The notes under the pieces: generated by a model
Databases searched by the model: none
Told to the model about the DNA's origin: nothing
What the model saw: the letters and a program-made list of their open reading frames with translations, nothing else
Position numbers and translations under genes: made by a program
In this document: positions 25,941-35,595 of the stretch, piece by piece
Position numbering within the stretch: the first letter of the stretch is position 1
Layout: the number at the start of each line of letters is the position of its first letter
Assembly: GCA_934233745.1 (NCBI GenBank)
Contig: CAKQGN010000001.1
Coordinates: forward strand, 322,621-386,620
Reading direction: 5' to 3'
From: an uncultured Clostridia bacterium
Lineage (GTDB): Bacteria > Bacillota > Clostridia > Christensenellales > CAG-917
Length of the DNA: 64,000 nt

Positions 25941-26774
25941 ATGGGGTTTGAAACGATTATTGATTTGGAACGAATTGCAAGAAATAATGTCAAAAAAATG
26001 TTGCCTTGCGATACAAGATGGGACGGTATGATTGAGAAAGAGATCATACGGATAACAGAACTTGATATGGCAAAATATTTTTGCATTGTAAGAAGGATAA
26101 GAGAGTTTTTGAAAGAGAAGGATAAAAGCACTCGGTTTTTCGGGAACGGGGGTTGCAGTTTAGTTGCGTATCTGCTTGGGATAACCGATATAAACCCGTA
26201 TGAACATGGTTTGATATTTGAAAGATATTTTAATGAAAAGTACAATATGCAATGTTTATTTGGTTTTTACATGGACGAGGATACGCTTGACGAGTTGGCG
26301 GAATATCTCAAAAAAGACTTTGAGTTTGTGGAAATCGAGATTGGGGAAAGAGAAAACATTTTGCATATCGACAAAGTTGAGATACCGATAATAACGTCTG
26401 CCGTAACGATGAAAGAAGTTGAAGGTTGGATGTTTGATAGATTTCGCTATTTGGGAACTACGCCGTATACCGAAGATTATATGCATTTCATTCATTATAT
26501 TGCGGGGTATAGTTATGACGAAGTCGAAAAAATACGGCGTACTATATGTAGCTTCAAAAAGAATGAAATAGACGCACTAGAAGCACAGTTCATCATGCGT
26601 TGTCCTCAATGGATTGCTTGTGCCGAAAGGTTTGCGCTTTTTTACAAAATTGCGCGAAGAATGCGCATGTCGATAAGTAAGGCGTATTGCGTGTCGGCGT
26701 TAAAAGTGCTTGGATGCAAAGAAATCGATTGCGATGAGATGCCGTTTGGCGGTGAGTACGATGACGAAAAGTAA
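25941..26774 (+). CDS. Small DnaE (Pol III alpha)-like fragment protein lacking recognisable catalytic palm residues
   Basis: FGNGGCSLVAYLLGITDINPYEHGLIFERYFN resembles DnaE GRGSAAGSLVAYxLGITDxDPxxYxLLFERFLN. The following PDFDIDF catalytic block is replaced by LFGFYMDED. A later segment, GYSYDEVEKIRRTICSFKKNE, resembles DnaE ...ADxLRRAMGKKK. I prefer ATG 25941 with RBS AGGAG over the TTG at 25875. Confidence 0.5.
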   Translation: MGFETIIDLERIARNNVKKMLPCDTRWDGMIEKEIIRITELDMAKYFCIVRRIREFLKEKDKSTRFFGNGGCSLVAYLLGITDINPYEHGLIFERYFNEKYNMQCLFGFYMDEDTLDELAEYLKKDFEFVEIEIGERENILHIDKVEIPIITSAVTMKEVEGWMFDRFRYLGTTPYTEDYMHFIHYIAGYSYDEVEKIRRTICSFKKNEIDALEAQFIMRCPQWIACAERFALFYKIARRMRMSISKAYCVSALKVLGCKEIDCDEMPFGGEYDDEK

Positions 26775-26864
26775 TATGCGAAGAATTGTTTGCACTGTAT
26801 ACGGTACATTGTGTATTTACATTTCGATAAATCGGGGGTATGATATATGAAAGGAGATTTGCTT

Positions 26865-27851
26865 ATGGGATTTGAAAATAAACAAACTTTGCTTTTCAGA
26901 TTGTATCAAGTGCTTTTTGATTATTCGGACGAAAACAATTTGCTTACGCAACAGGACATCATCGATATTCTTGAAAGGGAATACGGCTTGGCGGTGGAGC
27001 GCAAGGCAATCGGGCGCAATATATCCTATCTCAACGAGATGGGAATTGACGTGGATACAAGCCGCAAGGGTGCGTATCTCGTGGATAGACCGATTGAAAA
27101 ATCCGAACTGCACATGCTCATAGACAGTGTGCTTTGCTCGACGCATATAAGTGCGACTCATTCCAAACAACTTATCGACAAACTCGTAAGAATGGGCGGT
27201 CGCAACTTCAAATCGCGCGTTAGATACGTGCAATCGCTCAACGATTGGAACAAAACCGAAAACAAGGCGGTGTTTTTCAATATATCGGTGATAGACGATG
27301 CGATAAGTCAAGGCAAACAGATAAAATTCTACTACAATAAAATCGGCGCGGACAAGCAACTGCACCACACGTCGCACCCGTGCGTAAGCCCGTATAGAAT
27401 GGTGCTGCACAATCAGCACTACTATCTTATGGGATGCAACCACAAGTGGATGAACATAAGCTTCTACCGCCTTGACAAAATCACGGGAATCGAAATAATC
27501 GACCAGCCGATTGTGCCTATCAAGAGCCTCGACGGATACAAAAACGGCATAAATTATAAGGAATTGTCCACCGCACGCCCATATATGTTTACAGATAAAC
27601 CCGAAAAGGTTGTTATTTCAGCGAAAAAATGGATGATGGACGACATCGTGGATTGGTTTGGCAAAGACGTAAAAGTGTCAACAATCGATGACGAAAACAT
27701 AAAAGTCGAACTGATTGTCAGCCCGACGGCGATGAAGTTTTGGGCATTGCAATACGGAGAAAACGCCGAAGTGCTTGCGCCTAAGCATTTGCGCAACGAA
27801 ATAAGACAAAGCATAGAGCAAATGTGTGAAAAATACAAAAGGGGATGTTAA
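26865..27851 (+). CDS. HTH-WYL-domain transcriptional regulator (BrxR/CapW-like)
   Basis: N-terminal wHTH: LLTQQDIIDILEREYGLAVERKAIGRNISYLNEMGIDV. WYL core: IKFYYNK...HPCVSPYRMVLHNQHYYLMGC...ISFYRLDKITGIEIID. There is also a C-terminal WCX-like domain. ATG 26865 follows AAAGGAG; ATG 26847 is an alternative start. Confidence 0.8.
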   Translation: MGFENKQTLLFRLYQVLFDYSDENNLLTQQDIIDILEREYGLAVERKAIGRNISYLNEMGIDVDTSRKGAYLVDRPIEKSELHMLIDSVLCSTHISATHSKQLIDKLVRMGGRNFKSRVRYVQSLNDWNKTENKAVFFNISVIDDAISQGKQIKFYYNKIGADKQLHHTSHPCVSPYRMVLHNQHYYLMGCNHKWMNISFYRLDKITGIEIIDQPIVPIKSLDGYKNGINYKELSTARPYMFTDKPEKVVISAKKWMMDDIVDWFGKDVKVSTIDDENIKVELIVSPTAMKFWALQYGENAEVLAPKHLRNEIRQSIEQMCEKYKRGC

Positions 27852-27852
27852 A

Positions 27853-28602
27853 GTGGAAAAACATAACAAAACCGAAAAAAATGAAATTTTTGATTTGATA
27901 ATCACGCTTACAAAAGGAATACAAAATAAAGATAATGCTGTAAAGTGCAAGTACCGTAACGACGATTACAAACTAAACGCTTGTACGTATTTGTTGGGGC
28001 AAGTTTTAAGACAGTACAGCAAAAACGGAGGACGTATTTACGTTTCGGAGAAAGCAGCCGAAAAATGGGAACTTTTAAGTGGTCATGACATGAATGACTA
28101 TTGGTATAGGAATACGGTTAGATGCGACGGCGAAGCGTTCAAAAACAGCGAAGAGGTGGAAGAGTATTTGTACAAAGGTAATTCAAATACGCCTGAGAAA
28201 GTATGTTTTAAGAAAGGGAATAAATTTTCATTTCGCGAAATTTTCCATGACGAACATATAATTCCGATTGCAAGCATAATTGAAGATTTGACAAACCTTA
28301 AAGGTGATGACTTGAACTACGACAACGTAGAAAAGGTGCTTGCCAATCTATGCCTTTGCCGAATATTAAAGTCGGAAGATCGTAGCATTAAAAGCAGATA
28401 TGCAAGACCAAAATGCTTGATAAAGGCGTATGAAGAAGTATATCAAAAAGTGAATGGCAAACCTATAAATCTAATAGGTTGGGACAAAATCGAAGAAGAA
28501 TATAGAAAAGAACATGGTTGTGACTGCGGTTGCGATAAGTGTAGTTTGAAAGGCACATTTAGACGCTCAAGGAAATCTAAAAACACTCAAGATAAGGAGT
28601 AA
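27853..28602 (+). CDS. HNH / DUF1524-like His-Me-finger nuclease candidate with C-terminal Cys cluster
   Basis: EIFHDEHIIPIASII...NLCLCRILKSEDRSIK is an HNH-like D-E-H...N...N pattern. The C-terminus reads GCDCGCDKC. GTG 27853 lies directly after the WYL stop with RBS AAAAGGGGA. The track start is ATG 27826, in the same frame. Confidence 0.5.
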   Translation: MEKHNKTEKNEIFDLIITLTKGIQNKDNAVKCKYRNDDYKLNACTYLLGQVLRQYSKNGGRIYVSEKAAEKWELLSGHDMNDYWYRNTVRCDGEAFKNSEEVEEYLYKGNSNTPEKVCFKKGNKFSFREIFHDEHIIPIASIIEDLTNLKGDDLNYDNVEKVLANLCLCRILKSEDRSIKSRYARPKCLIKAYEEVYQKVNGKPINLIGWDKIEEEYRKEHGCDCGCDKCSLKGTFRRSRKSKNTQDKE

Positions 28603-28604
28603 TT

Positions 28605-30101
28605 ATGTATTTCAGCAAATCAAGATATTGCTCTTTGTGTCAATGCCCAAAGAGTGTGTGGCTCAAAAAGTTTAAGCCCGATGAATATGAAATTGACGAA
28701 AGCGTCAAGGCAAGAATGGACAACGGCAACGTCGTTGGCGATTTTGCCATGGGGCTGTTTGGCGATTACGTTGAAGTGACCGCAACAAAAGAAAACGGCG
28801 CGCTCGACTTGTCCAAAATGATTGCAAAAACCAAGGAGTGCATTGCAAACGGAGTGCAGAACATTTGCGAAGCATCCTTTGATTTTTGCGGTTTGTATTG
28901 CGCCGTGGACATTTTGCGCAAGGACGGTGACGGCTATTCCATCTACGAAGTCAAGAGCGCAACCGACATAAAAGCGGTGTACATCTATGACGTGAGTTAT
29001 CAAAAATACGTGCTTGAAAAATGCGGTGTCAACGTCAAACATACATATCTCGTGTACATCAACAACGAGTACGTCAGAGGCAAAGAGCTTGACATCAAGC
29101 AAGTGTTCAAGGTGCGCAATGTTGACGAGCTGGTGGCACAGGAATACGGCAACGTTGAAGGGCTTTTGCAAGGCGCGGAAGAATTGCTTGCCGATGAGCA
29201 AGAGCCCCGAATCGACATTTCAATCAACTGTTTTGCACCCTACAAGTGCGGATTTTGGAAATATTGCTCGCAGCATCTTCCCAAACCGAGCGTGTTTGAT
29301 ATGTATCGTTTGCCAAAGCCGAAAGCCTTTGAATGTTATGAGCAAGGCGTTGTTTCGTTTGAAGATTACGCGCGCACGGGGTGGTATTTTTCCGACAAAA
29401 TCGACAAGCAAGTTGACTTCTATTTGCATGATCGCGGAGTGTATACGGACAAGGACGGCATCAAGCAGTTTCTTGCCACGCTCTCTTATCCGCTGTACTT
29501 TTTGGACTTTGAAACAATGCAACCCATCATTCCGCCGTTTGAGGGCGTGCGACCGTATCAGCAAATCCCGTTTCAATATTCCTTGCATTATATCGAGAGT
29601 GAAGGCGGTGCGCTCAAACACAAAGAGTTCTTGGCAGTGTCCGGCGAAAATCCGCTCCGCGCCATTGCCGAAAGCCTTGTGCGAGATATCCCCATGAACG
29701 TATGCACGCTTGCCTACAACAAGGCGTTTGAGTGCTCGCGCATAAAGGAGCTTGCCGATATGTTTCCGGACTTGCGCGCACATCTTCTCAACATAAGGGA
29801 CAACATCAAAGATTTGCTCGACGTGTTTAGGGGCGGATACTATTATCGCAAGGAAATCGGCGGCTCGTTCTCGATCAAATCGGTGCTGCCTGCAATGTTC
29901 CCAAATGATTCCGAACTCGATTATCACAATCTTGACGGCGTGCACAACGGCGGTGAAGCAATGAGCATATTCCCGGCAATCAAAGATATGCCGCCCAAAG
30001 AGCAAGCAATCGCGCGCCACAACCTGCTGAAATATTGCGAACTTGACACCTACGCCATGGTGAAAATCTGGCAAGCCCTCTGCGACCTAGTCAAAGATTG
30101 A
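28605..30101 (+). CDS. DUF2779-type protein: Cas4/RecB-like PD-(D/E)XK nuclease with Cys cluster + DnaQ-like exonuclease-fold C-terminal domain
   Basis: N-terminal Cys residues in CSLCQC. PD-(D/E)XK-like segment: CAVDILRKDGDGYSIYEVKSAT. Further Cys residues in NCFAPYKCGFWKYC. C-terminal segment YPLYFLDFETMQPIIPPFEGVRPYQQIPFQYSLH has a DFET acidic motif. RBS AAGGAG. Confidence 0.7.
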   Translation: MYFSKSRYCSLCQCPKSVWLKKFKPDEYEIDESVKARMDNGNVVGDFAMGLFGDYVEVTATKENGALDLSKMIAKTKECIANGVQNICEASFDFCGLYCAVDILRKDGDGYSIYEVKSATDIKAVYIYDVSYQKYVLEKCGVNVKHTYLVYINNEYVRGKELDIKQVFKVRNVDELVAQEYGNVEGLLQGAEELLADEQEPRIDISINCFAPYKCGFWKYCSQHLPKPSVFDMYRLPKPKAFECYEQGVVSFEDYARTGWYFSDKIDKQVDFYLHDRGVYTDKDGIKQFLATLSYPLYFLDFETMQPIIPPFEGVRPYQQIPFQYSLHYIESEGGALKHKEFLAVSGENPLRAIAESLVRDIPMNVCTLAYNKAFECSRIKELADMFPDLRAHLLNIRDNIKDLLDVFRGGYYYRKEIGGSFSIKSVLPAMFPNDSELDYHNLDGVHNGGEAMSIFPAIKDMPPKEQAIARHNLLKYCELDTYAMVKIWQALCDLVKD

Positions 30102-30129
30102 AAATATACAATGCAAAGGAGAAAATGAT

Positions 30130-30723
30130 ATGCAAATTGATTTAACAAGTATCACCGATAGACAAATTTTGAATTTGGAAAAAGCATTGCTTGATTATGA
30201 ATATATACAAAGTCATTGCCAGAATCCTTGTAATAAGGATTTTCAGGAAGTGTATTATTCTTTTTATTTAAAGGCAAGGTGGGCACAGATTGGGGGAAAA
30301 TATGGTTCTAAATGTGGCGCATATTTCAATGTTTTGAATTCAATAAATGGGACAGCGTCATTGGAAGACGTTTTGAAAAAATTAATAGTAGCGGGGGTGT
30401 CGGATACGTATGAGTGTTCAATAGGCTCAAAATTGTTGCATACAAAAAATCCAAATTCGCCGATTTTTGATTCTAAAGTTTATAGTTATTTGACAAAAGA
30501 TGAAGGACTTCAATTGCAATACCGCGAAGCATTAAAAAATGGGCAAACAAAACTTCAACAAATCCAACATGATTGGAACATAATAAACGACTGGTATGAC
30601 AATCTTATAAAAAATGATCCTAGAGGCAAACAATGGATTGCTTGGTTTGACAACAAATTTCCGCAATATAAAGGAATATCAGATGTGAAAAAGATAGATT
30701 TTTTAATCTTTATTTTTAATTAA
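30130..30723 (+). CDS. Hypothetical protein (197 aa)
   Basis: RBS AAGGAG 7 nt upstream of the ATG, clean ORF, no recognisable motif. Visibly more AT-rich than the flanking genes. Confidence 0.6.
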   Translation: MQIDLTSITDRQILNLEKALLDYEYIQSHCQNPCNKDFQEVYYSFYLKARWAQIGGKYGSKCGAYFNVLNSINGTASLEDVLKKLIVAGVSDTYECSIGSKLLHTKNPNSPIFDSKVYSYLTKDEGLQLQYREALKNGQTKLQQIQHDWNIINDWYDNLIKNDPRGKQWIAWFDNKFPQYKGISDVKKIDFLIFIFN

Positions 30724-30835
30724 AGCCAATTATACGAGCAGATATATGTTTTGCTATTTGGCACAAAAACAAGGTGTAAGCCCCCATCGAATATGACTAT
30801 TTGATGTGGAATAATTAAACAAAAGAGGTGGAAAA

Positions 30836-31564
30836 ATGCTAAAAAACACTCAAATCAACGATTTTATCAATGAAGTTACTTCTGCTTATAATAAAGCAGC
30901 GCATTTGATAACAGAAGACACCATTCGTTCTTTGCTTATCAAAGCTATGAAAGTTCCTGTTTCAGATATTGAAATCGAAGTGCCATATGTTGTAAATCCG
31001 GGAACAAAAACTAATAAAAATAGAAATTATACACCAATAAAAGTGTTGAACTCAACATGGTTTAATAGTGAAAGGAACAGGGCTGATATTTATTATTCTA
31101 CGGATGATATGGTGATAGAAGTTAAATATCATAGAGTAACACCATATAGTGACAGTTGTACGACTTCAAAAGCGGGAGAAGTTTTCAATGATTTAAACAG
31201 ATTGTCAATGATCGACGCAAAGAATAAGTATTTTGTCTACGTGTTTGATGATGATATGTATAACACATATAACGGAGACAGGACAAACTATAATGCAACG
31301 ATTCTCAAAACAACGTTTAACATTGGGGATACTGCCGTGATTGATAATAATTATCCTATCACCTCAACATCTAAGAAAGTAAAAAATTTTAAGGAAAATG
31401 CATTTAAGACTTTCAAAGATAAGTATTCAGATTTTAGTTACTTTAACTACAAAGTTAAATGTGTCTATAACGCAAATATTGTATCCCAAAAACTGTGGTG
31501 TATAATATTGGAAGTTGAAAAGAATAAAATAGTAACAAGCGATTTGGAATTGCAAGGGTGCTAA
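30836..31564 (+). CDS. Hypothetical protein with possible PD-(D/E)XK restriction-endonuclease-like core
   Basis: RBS GAGGTGG. RADIYYSTDDMVIEVKYH fits a D...(D/E)xK pattern. There is no other support. Confidence 0.45.
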   Translation: MLKNTQINDFINEVTSAYNKAAHLITEDTIRSLLIKAMKVPVSDIEIEVPYVVNPGTKTNKNRNYTPIKVLNSTWFNSERNRADIYYSTDDMVIEVKYHRVTPYSDSCTTSKAGEVFNDLNRLSMIDAKNKYFVYVFDDDMYNTYNGDRTNYNATILKTTFNIGDTAVIDNNYPITSTSKKVKNFKENAFKTFKDKYSDFSYFNYKVKCVYNANIVSQKLWCIILEVEKNKIVTSDLELQGC

Positions 31565-31569
31565 TATAA

Positions 31570-31603
31570 AAAAAACGAGAGAGCAAAGTTCTTTCGTTTT
31601 TTA
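31570..31603 (+). terminator. Rho-independent terminator
   Basis: AAAACGAGAG - loop - CTTTCGTTTT (one mismatch) followed by a T-run, directly after the stop at 31564. Confidence 0.5.
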
Positions 31604-31955
31604 TATTATTAAATCCCAGTTGTTAAGCATATTATACGATTGCAAGTTTATGTACCATACGCGGTACAATGTTGGGCGAGATTTAGTGGATTTTTTTGGG
31701 AAGGATGGTGTATGATAATGTTGTAAATCAACCAAATCACACAAACAAATACAAAAACACAACATAATCAATCACAGAAACAAACAGGCAATCGACAGCA
31801 ACGAAAACGCAGCATTGACACACCGACTTTTCAAGGTAGGGGGAGCAAAACACAACAACACCGCACAATCGATTTTGCATTGACGGGCAATTTGTAACAA
31901 TCACAACGACAACTAAAAACAATGTATTATTTCATTAAATTTCGGAGAGAAAACA

Positions 31956-33938
31956 ATGAGGTTTTTTAATATTACCATAAAAGTGAAAGATGCAAAGCAA
32001 ATCAAGGATTTTAAGCCGGAAGAAGCGGCTTGCGCTAGCGGCAAACTTTTTGAAGAAAATCCGGCGTGTTTTGTCTATGTTCGCGAAATACGCAAAACCG
32101 TGGTCGACGCCATTGCGTGTATTGATTGTGCATGCGATGAAAAGAAATTTGCCAAGACTTTTGCCGAAAAACTTTTTGACAACATTGCGGATATCAAGGT
32201 TTCCGAGGGGAAAATGTTTGATTTTGTGAACAATATAGGCGATGCGGAGATTGACAGCTATTTGACCGACAGCAGCGCGACGATAGACAGATTGGGACTT
32301 GGTTTTTTCTATGAAATTTGCCATGGTTCGTTTGACGAACGTATCGTGACGGAACATAAAACCAAAACAAGTGTATACGCGGATGTAAACAAATACTTTT
32401 TGGATGAAGAATACAAGCGCGAACTTGACCGCATTTATGCGAGTAAAACTCTCAAAAAACCGATTGGCAATCCGGCGCACTATTTTATGGTGTCCAATGA
32501 CGACGACGCTCGCATGGCGCGCAATCGCAATCTTGTCTTTTCGCTGTTTCACAAAGGAAGAATAAACACCAAAAAGTACACGATAATCGGGCTTAGAGAT
32601 CGGCGCATTTCAGAATGGCACATCGAACAGTTGTACAGGATAAACGCAGACGGCGTGATAGTCCTGCGCGTCGACGAAGATATTTTGTTCGAGAGCGAAG
32701 AAAAGTCTTACAAATGGAAGTGGAGTGGCGTTGTCAACATCATAAAAAGATATGCGTCAAGCGTTGTTACGATCATTTCTATGGACAATGCGTCTATGAA
32801 TACGCGCAACAGAATTATAAGCAGCCTACACGGCATTGCGTTGATCAAGTTTTATGATCAAGAATACAAGGGAGAATCCGCAGTGGATTGCTTTTGCGAG
32901 ATCGCGCGTCAAAACGGCACAAACGCGCCCGAAAGCGAGATTGAAAAAATCAGAAAATCCGATAGGACGTATTCAAAAAGAGCGTTGCAGACCATATATA
33001 GCGAGTGGCACAACGAGTACGTTGCCACGGTGCAGTTTCCGGAATATGGCGCATATTTCAACGGCAAAAGCGGAGAAGACGATACATTGAACGAGAAAAA
33101 TGCGTATGACAAGTTGTCCGAGATGATAGGGCTTGGCAATGTCAAAAAAGTCATTGACGGCGCAATCAACTATTTCAAGCTACAAAAGGAATACAAAGAG
33201 CGCGGCATTGACTTTGCGCGCCCTGCAATGCACATGGTGTTTTCGGGCAATCCCGGCACGGCAAAGACAACGGTAGCGCGTCTTTTGGCGCAGATATTGC
33301 GAGATAACAAGATTATAAGTCGCGGCGGACTCGTTGAAGTGGGCAGGGCGGATTTGGTAGGCGAATACGTCGGACAAACCGCGCCCCAAGTCAAGGAGGT
33401 ATTTAGACGAGCAAAAGGCTCGGTGCTGTTTATTGACGAGGCGTACTCGCTGTTGGACAACAAAAAGGGGCTTTACGGCGACGAGGCAATCAACACCATA
33501 GTGCAAGAAATGGAAAACGCACGCGACGATGTAATCGTGATTTTTGCAGGGTATAAAAACGAAATGGAAGAGTTTGTAGAGCGAAATCCCGGTCTTTCGT
33601 CGAGAATAGCGTTCCACGTTGACTTTGACGACTATTCTGAGGATGAACTTTTGGCTATCACCAAATTGCTCGCGCGCCAAAATAGCATCATCATTGATGA
33701 ATCTTGCGATCAAAAGTTGCTCGATATATACAAAACAGCGCGCCAAAATCCGTCTTTCGGCAACGGCAGATATGCAAGAAACGTGCTTGAAAAAGCAAAG
33801 CTCAATCAGGCAAGCCGTATAGCGAAGCAAAACATCGAATATTTGTCAAACGAGCAACTGAAGACGATAGTTGCCGACGATATAGGCGTAGATGACCAAA
33901 GACAAAAACAAACGATAAGTCGACTGGGCTTTTATTGA
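31956..33938 (+). CDS. AAA+ ATPase of the CbxX/CfxQ-SpoVK type with a large N-terminal extension
   Basis: MHMVFSGNPGTAKTTVARLLAQIL (Walker A), GSVLFIDEAYSL (Walker B) and VIFAGYKNEMEEFVERNPGLSSRIAFHVDFDDYSEDEL match the CbxX/SpoVK family pattern. Confidence 0.8.
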   Translation: MRFFNITIKVKDAKQIKDFKPEEAACASGKLFEENPACFVYVREIRKTVVDAIACIDCACDEKKFAKTFAEKLFDNIADIKVSEGKMFDFVNNIGDAEIDSYLTDSSATIDRLGLGFFYEICHGSFDERIVTEHKTKTSVYADVNKYFLDEEYKRELDRIYASKTLKKPIGNPAHYFMVSNDDDARMARNRNLVFSLFHKGRINTKKYTIIGLRDRRISEWHIEQLYRINADGVIVLRVDEDILFESEEKSYKWKWSGVVNIIKRYASSVVTIISMDNASMNTRNRIISSLHGIALIKFYDQEYKGESAVDCFCEIARQNGTNAPESEIEKIRKSDRTYSKRALQTIYSEWHNEYVATVQFPEYGAYFNGKSGEDDTLNEKNAYDKLSEMIGLGNVKKVIDGAINYFKLQKEYKERGIDFARPAMHMVFSGNPGTAKTTVARLLAQILRDNKIISRGGLVEVGRADLVGEYVGQTAPQVKEVFRRAKGSVLFIDEAYSLLDNKKGLYGDEAINTIVQEMENARDDVIVIFAGYKNEMEEFVERNPGLSSRIAFHVDFDDYSEDELLAITKLLARQNSIIIDESCDQKLLDIYKTARQNPSFGNGRYARNVLEKAKLNQASRIAKQNIEYLSNEQLKTIVADDIGVDDQRQKQTISRLGFY

Positions 33939-33953
33939 TTATGGAGAGAAAAC

Positions 33954-34832
33954 GTGAAAAGAAAAAACGATTTGAACGGCATCTATAAAGAAGCAACACA
34001 AAACGCAGAGTTTTGCAAGAGTGTGGAGAGATTTGCAAACGAGGCTGAAGCGTTGGCATTTGCATATGAAAATGCACCCGATAAAAGTGTCGAAATAAAT
34101 GCACTTATCGGTATACATGGCAGTGAACCCATATTTTGGAATATGTCAAAGCAAAACGTGCTCGCGTCGTGCGACTCGGGATACGGTGTTTACTTGTATG
34201 GTCACAATTTGCCGATTATGAACATAAGAGAACACTATTCCGCTCAGAAAGTAGGATATTACGTGTTCGTTGGCGACGGCACGGTGTGGAACGCGCGATA
34301 CGACGAGCATTGTATTGCATGCTGCGAATTATACAATGAAAATCAAGACCGGAAAGAATCCGACGAAATTGTACGTAAATTGTATATGCTGATGAAAGAG
34401 CGTGAGAACATGTCTGACGATGACTTAAAAAATCAAAAGCATATAGAGCTGTTTTTCGTAGGCATCAACGTGCCGAGTGCCTATGATTTTTATGTGCGTA
34501 ACAAGTATGAATTTGATGAGATAATCAAAGCAGTGTTTGATGATGGCAACAGATTGAAAATCGGATTGTATTTGTCAGGACGTCCGAATTTGTTTGATAT
34601 GAGCCCTACGAGAGATATGTTTTGGGCGTATCGCAAATCGTTTGACGCAAAACTAATAGGCGTTTGCAGATCAAAATTATCGTCTGTGTTGCTGACCGGA
34701 AGCGACGTTGCGTATTACGACAAATATAGGTTCGTAAGTCCGCTTATGCCTAGACTGCCGGCAGTGTTTATTCACGGTGATAGTATCGAAAACTTGAAGT
34801 TCCCGAACACTTGGCAAATAAACAGAGATTGA
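33954..34832 (+). CDS. Hypothetical protein (292 aa)
   Basis: GTG start with RBS GGAGAG, the same RBS context as the upstream AAA+ gene. No recognised motif. Confidence 0.55.
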   Translation: MKRKNDLNGIYKEATQNAEFCKSVERFANEAEALAFAYENAPDKSVEINALIGIHGSEPIFWNMSKQNVLASCDSGYGVYLYGHNLPIMNIREHYSAQKVGYYVFVGDGTVWNARYDEHCIACCELYNENQDRKESDEIVRKLYMLMKERENMSDDDLKNQKHIELFFVGINVPSAYDFYVRNKYEFDEIIKAVFDDGNRLKIGLYLSGRPNLFDMSPTRDMFWAYRKSFDAKLIGVCRSKLSSVLLTGSDVAYYDKYRFVSPLMPRLPAVFIHGDSIENLKFPNTWQINRD

Positions 34833-34845
34833 AAAGGAGAAAAAC

Positions 34846-35550
34846 ATGACGCTTTATATATCGGGAGATACTCACGGAATTTGGGACGTAAACAAGCTCA
34901 AAGAACTCAATGCCACCAAGGACGACTATATAATTATATGCGGTGACTGCGGTGTGCTGTGGGACAAAAAGGGGCTTGGCAAAATGATTGAACTGTACGA
35001 GAGCTTCGGCGCAACGGTGTTGTTTGTGGACGGCAATCACGAAAACTTCGATATGCTCAAGGCGTTGCCGATCGTGGAGATTTTAGGCGGGCGCGCGCAT
35101 AAAGTGAGCGATAGAATTTATCATTTAATGCGCGGAGAAGTTTTTGATATAGGCGGCAAGAAAATCCTTGCGATAGGCGGTGCGGAGTCGCACGATAAAG
35201 AGTGGAGATTGGAGCATAAAACGTGGTGGAAAGACGAAGAAATTTGCGAGGCTGATATTCGAAATGCAATGTTTAACCTTGCAAAATGCGACAATAAAGT
35301 TGATATTGTGTTGACACACATACCGCCATCCAGATTTAAGAAACGCATAATCGAAGAACTCACGCAATGCGGAGAAGATGTGCCTTGCTATCTCGAACCG
35401 AAACTTAAAAACACTCAAAGCGAGGAGCTTTTGAAACAAATCGAAAAGGTCGTAGAGTTCAAATATTGGTTTTCGGGACACCTGCACACGGACACGCACA
35501 TAGGCAAATATTATTCGCTTTATGACGACGTTGTGTCGATAAAACTTTGA
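34846..35550 (+). CDS. Calcineurin-like metallophosphoesterase
   Basis: The motif series is YISGDTHG, IICGDCG, VDGNHEN, GGAESHD and VLTHIPP. RBS AAAGGAG. Confidence 0.8.
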   Translation: MTLYISGDTHGIWDVNKLKELNATKDDYIIICGDCGVLWDKKGLGKMIELYESFGATVLFVDGNHENFDMLKALPIVEILGGRAHKVSDRIYHLMRGEVFDIGGKKILAIGGAESHDKEWRLEHKTWWKDEEICEADIRNAMFNLAKCDNKVDIVLTHIPPSRFKKRIIEELTQCGEDVPCYLEPKLKNTQSEELLKQIEKVVEFKYWFSGHLHTDTHIGKYYSLYDDVVSIKL

Positions 35551-35595
35551 GTTGTGGCGGTGCAACGCTTGCAAAAAAATCGGAGGCAATAGCAT

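Noticed and set aside
24796-26245. ORFs 24796..24981(-), 24940..25146(+), 25493..26245(-) and 25605..25862(+) in the junction/inverted-R region
   Set aside because: They cross repeat, iteron and hairpin DNA. They have no RBS and have biased, Arg/Ser/Cys/Phe-rich shadow-ORF-like translations. The homologous R copies do not preserve any of these frames.
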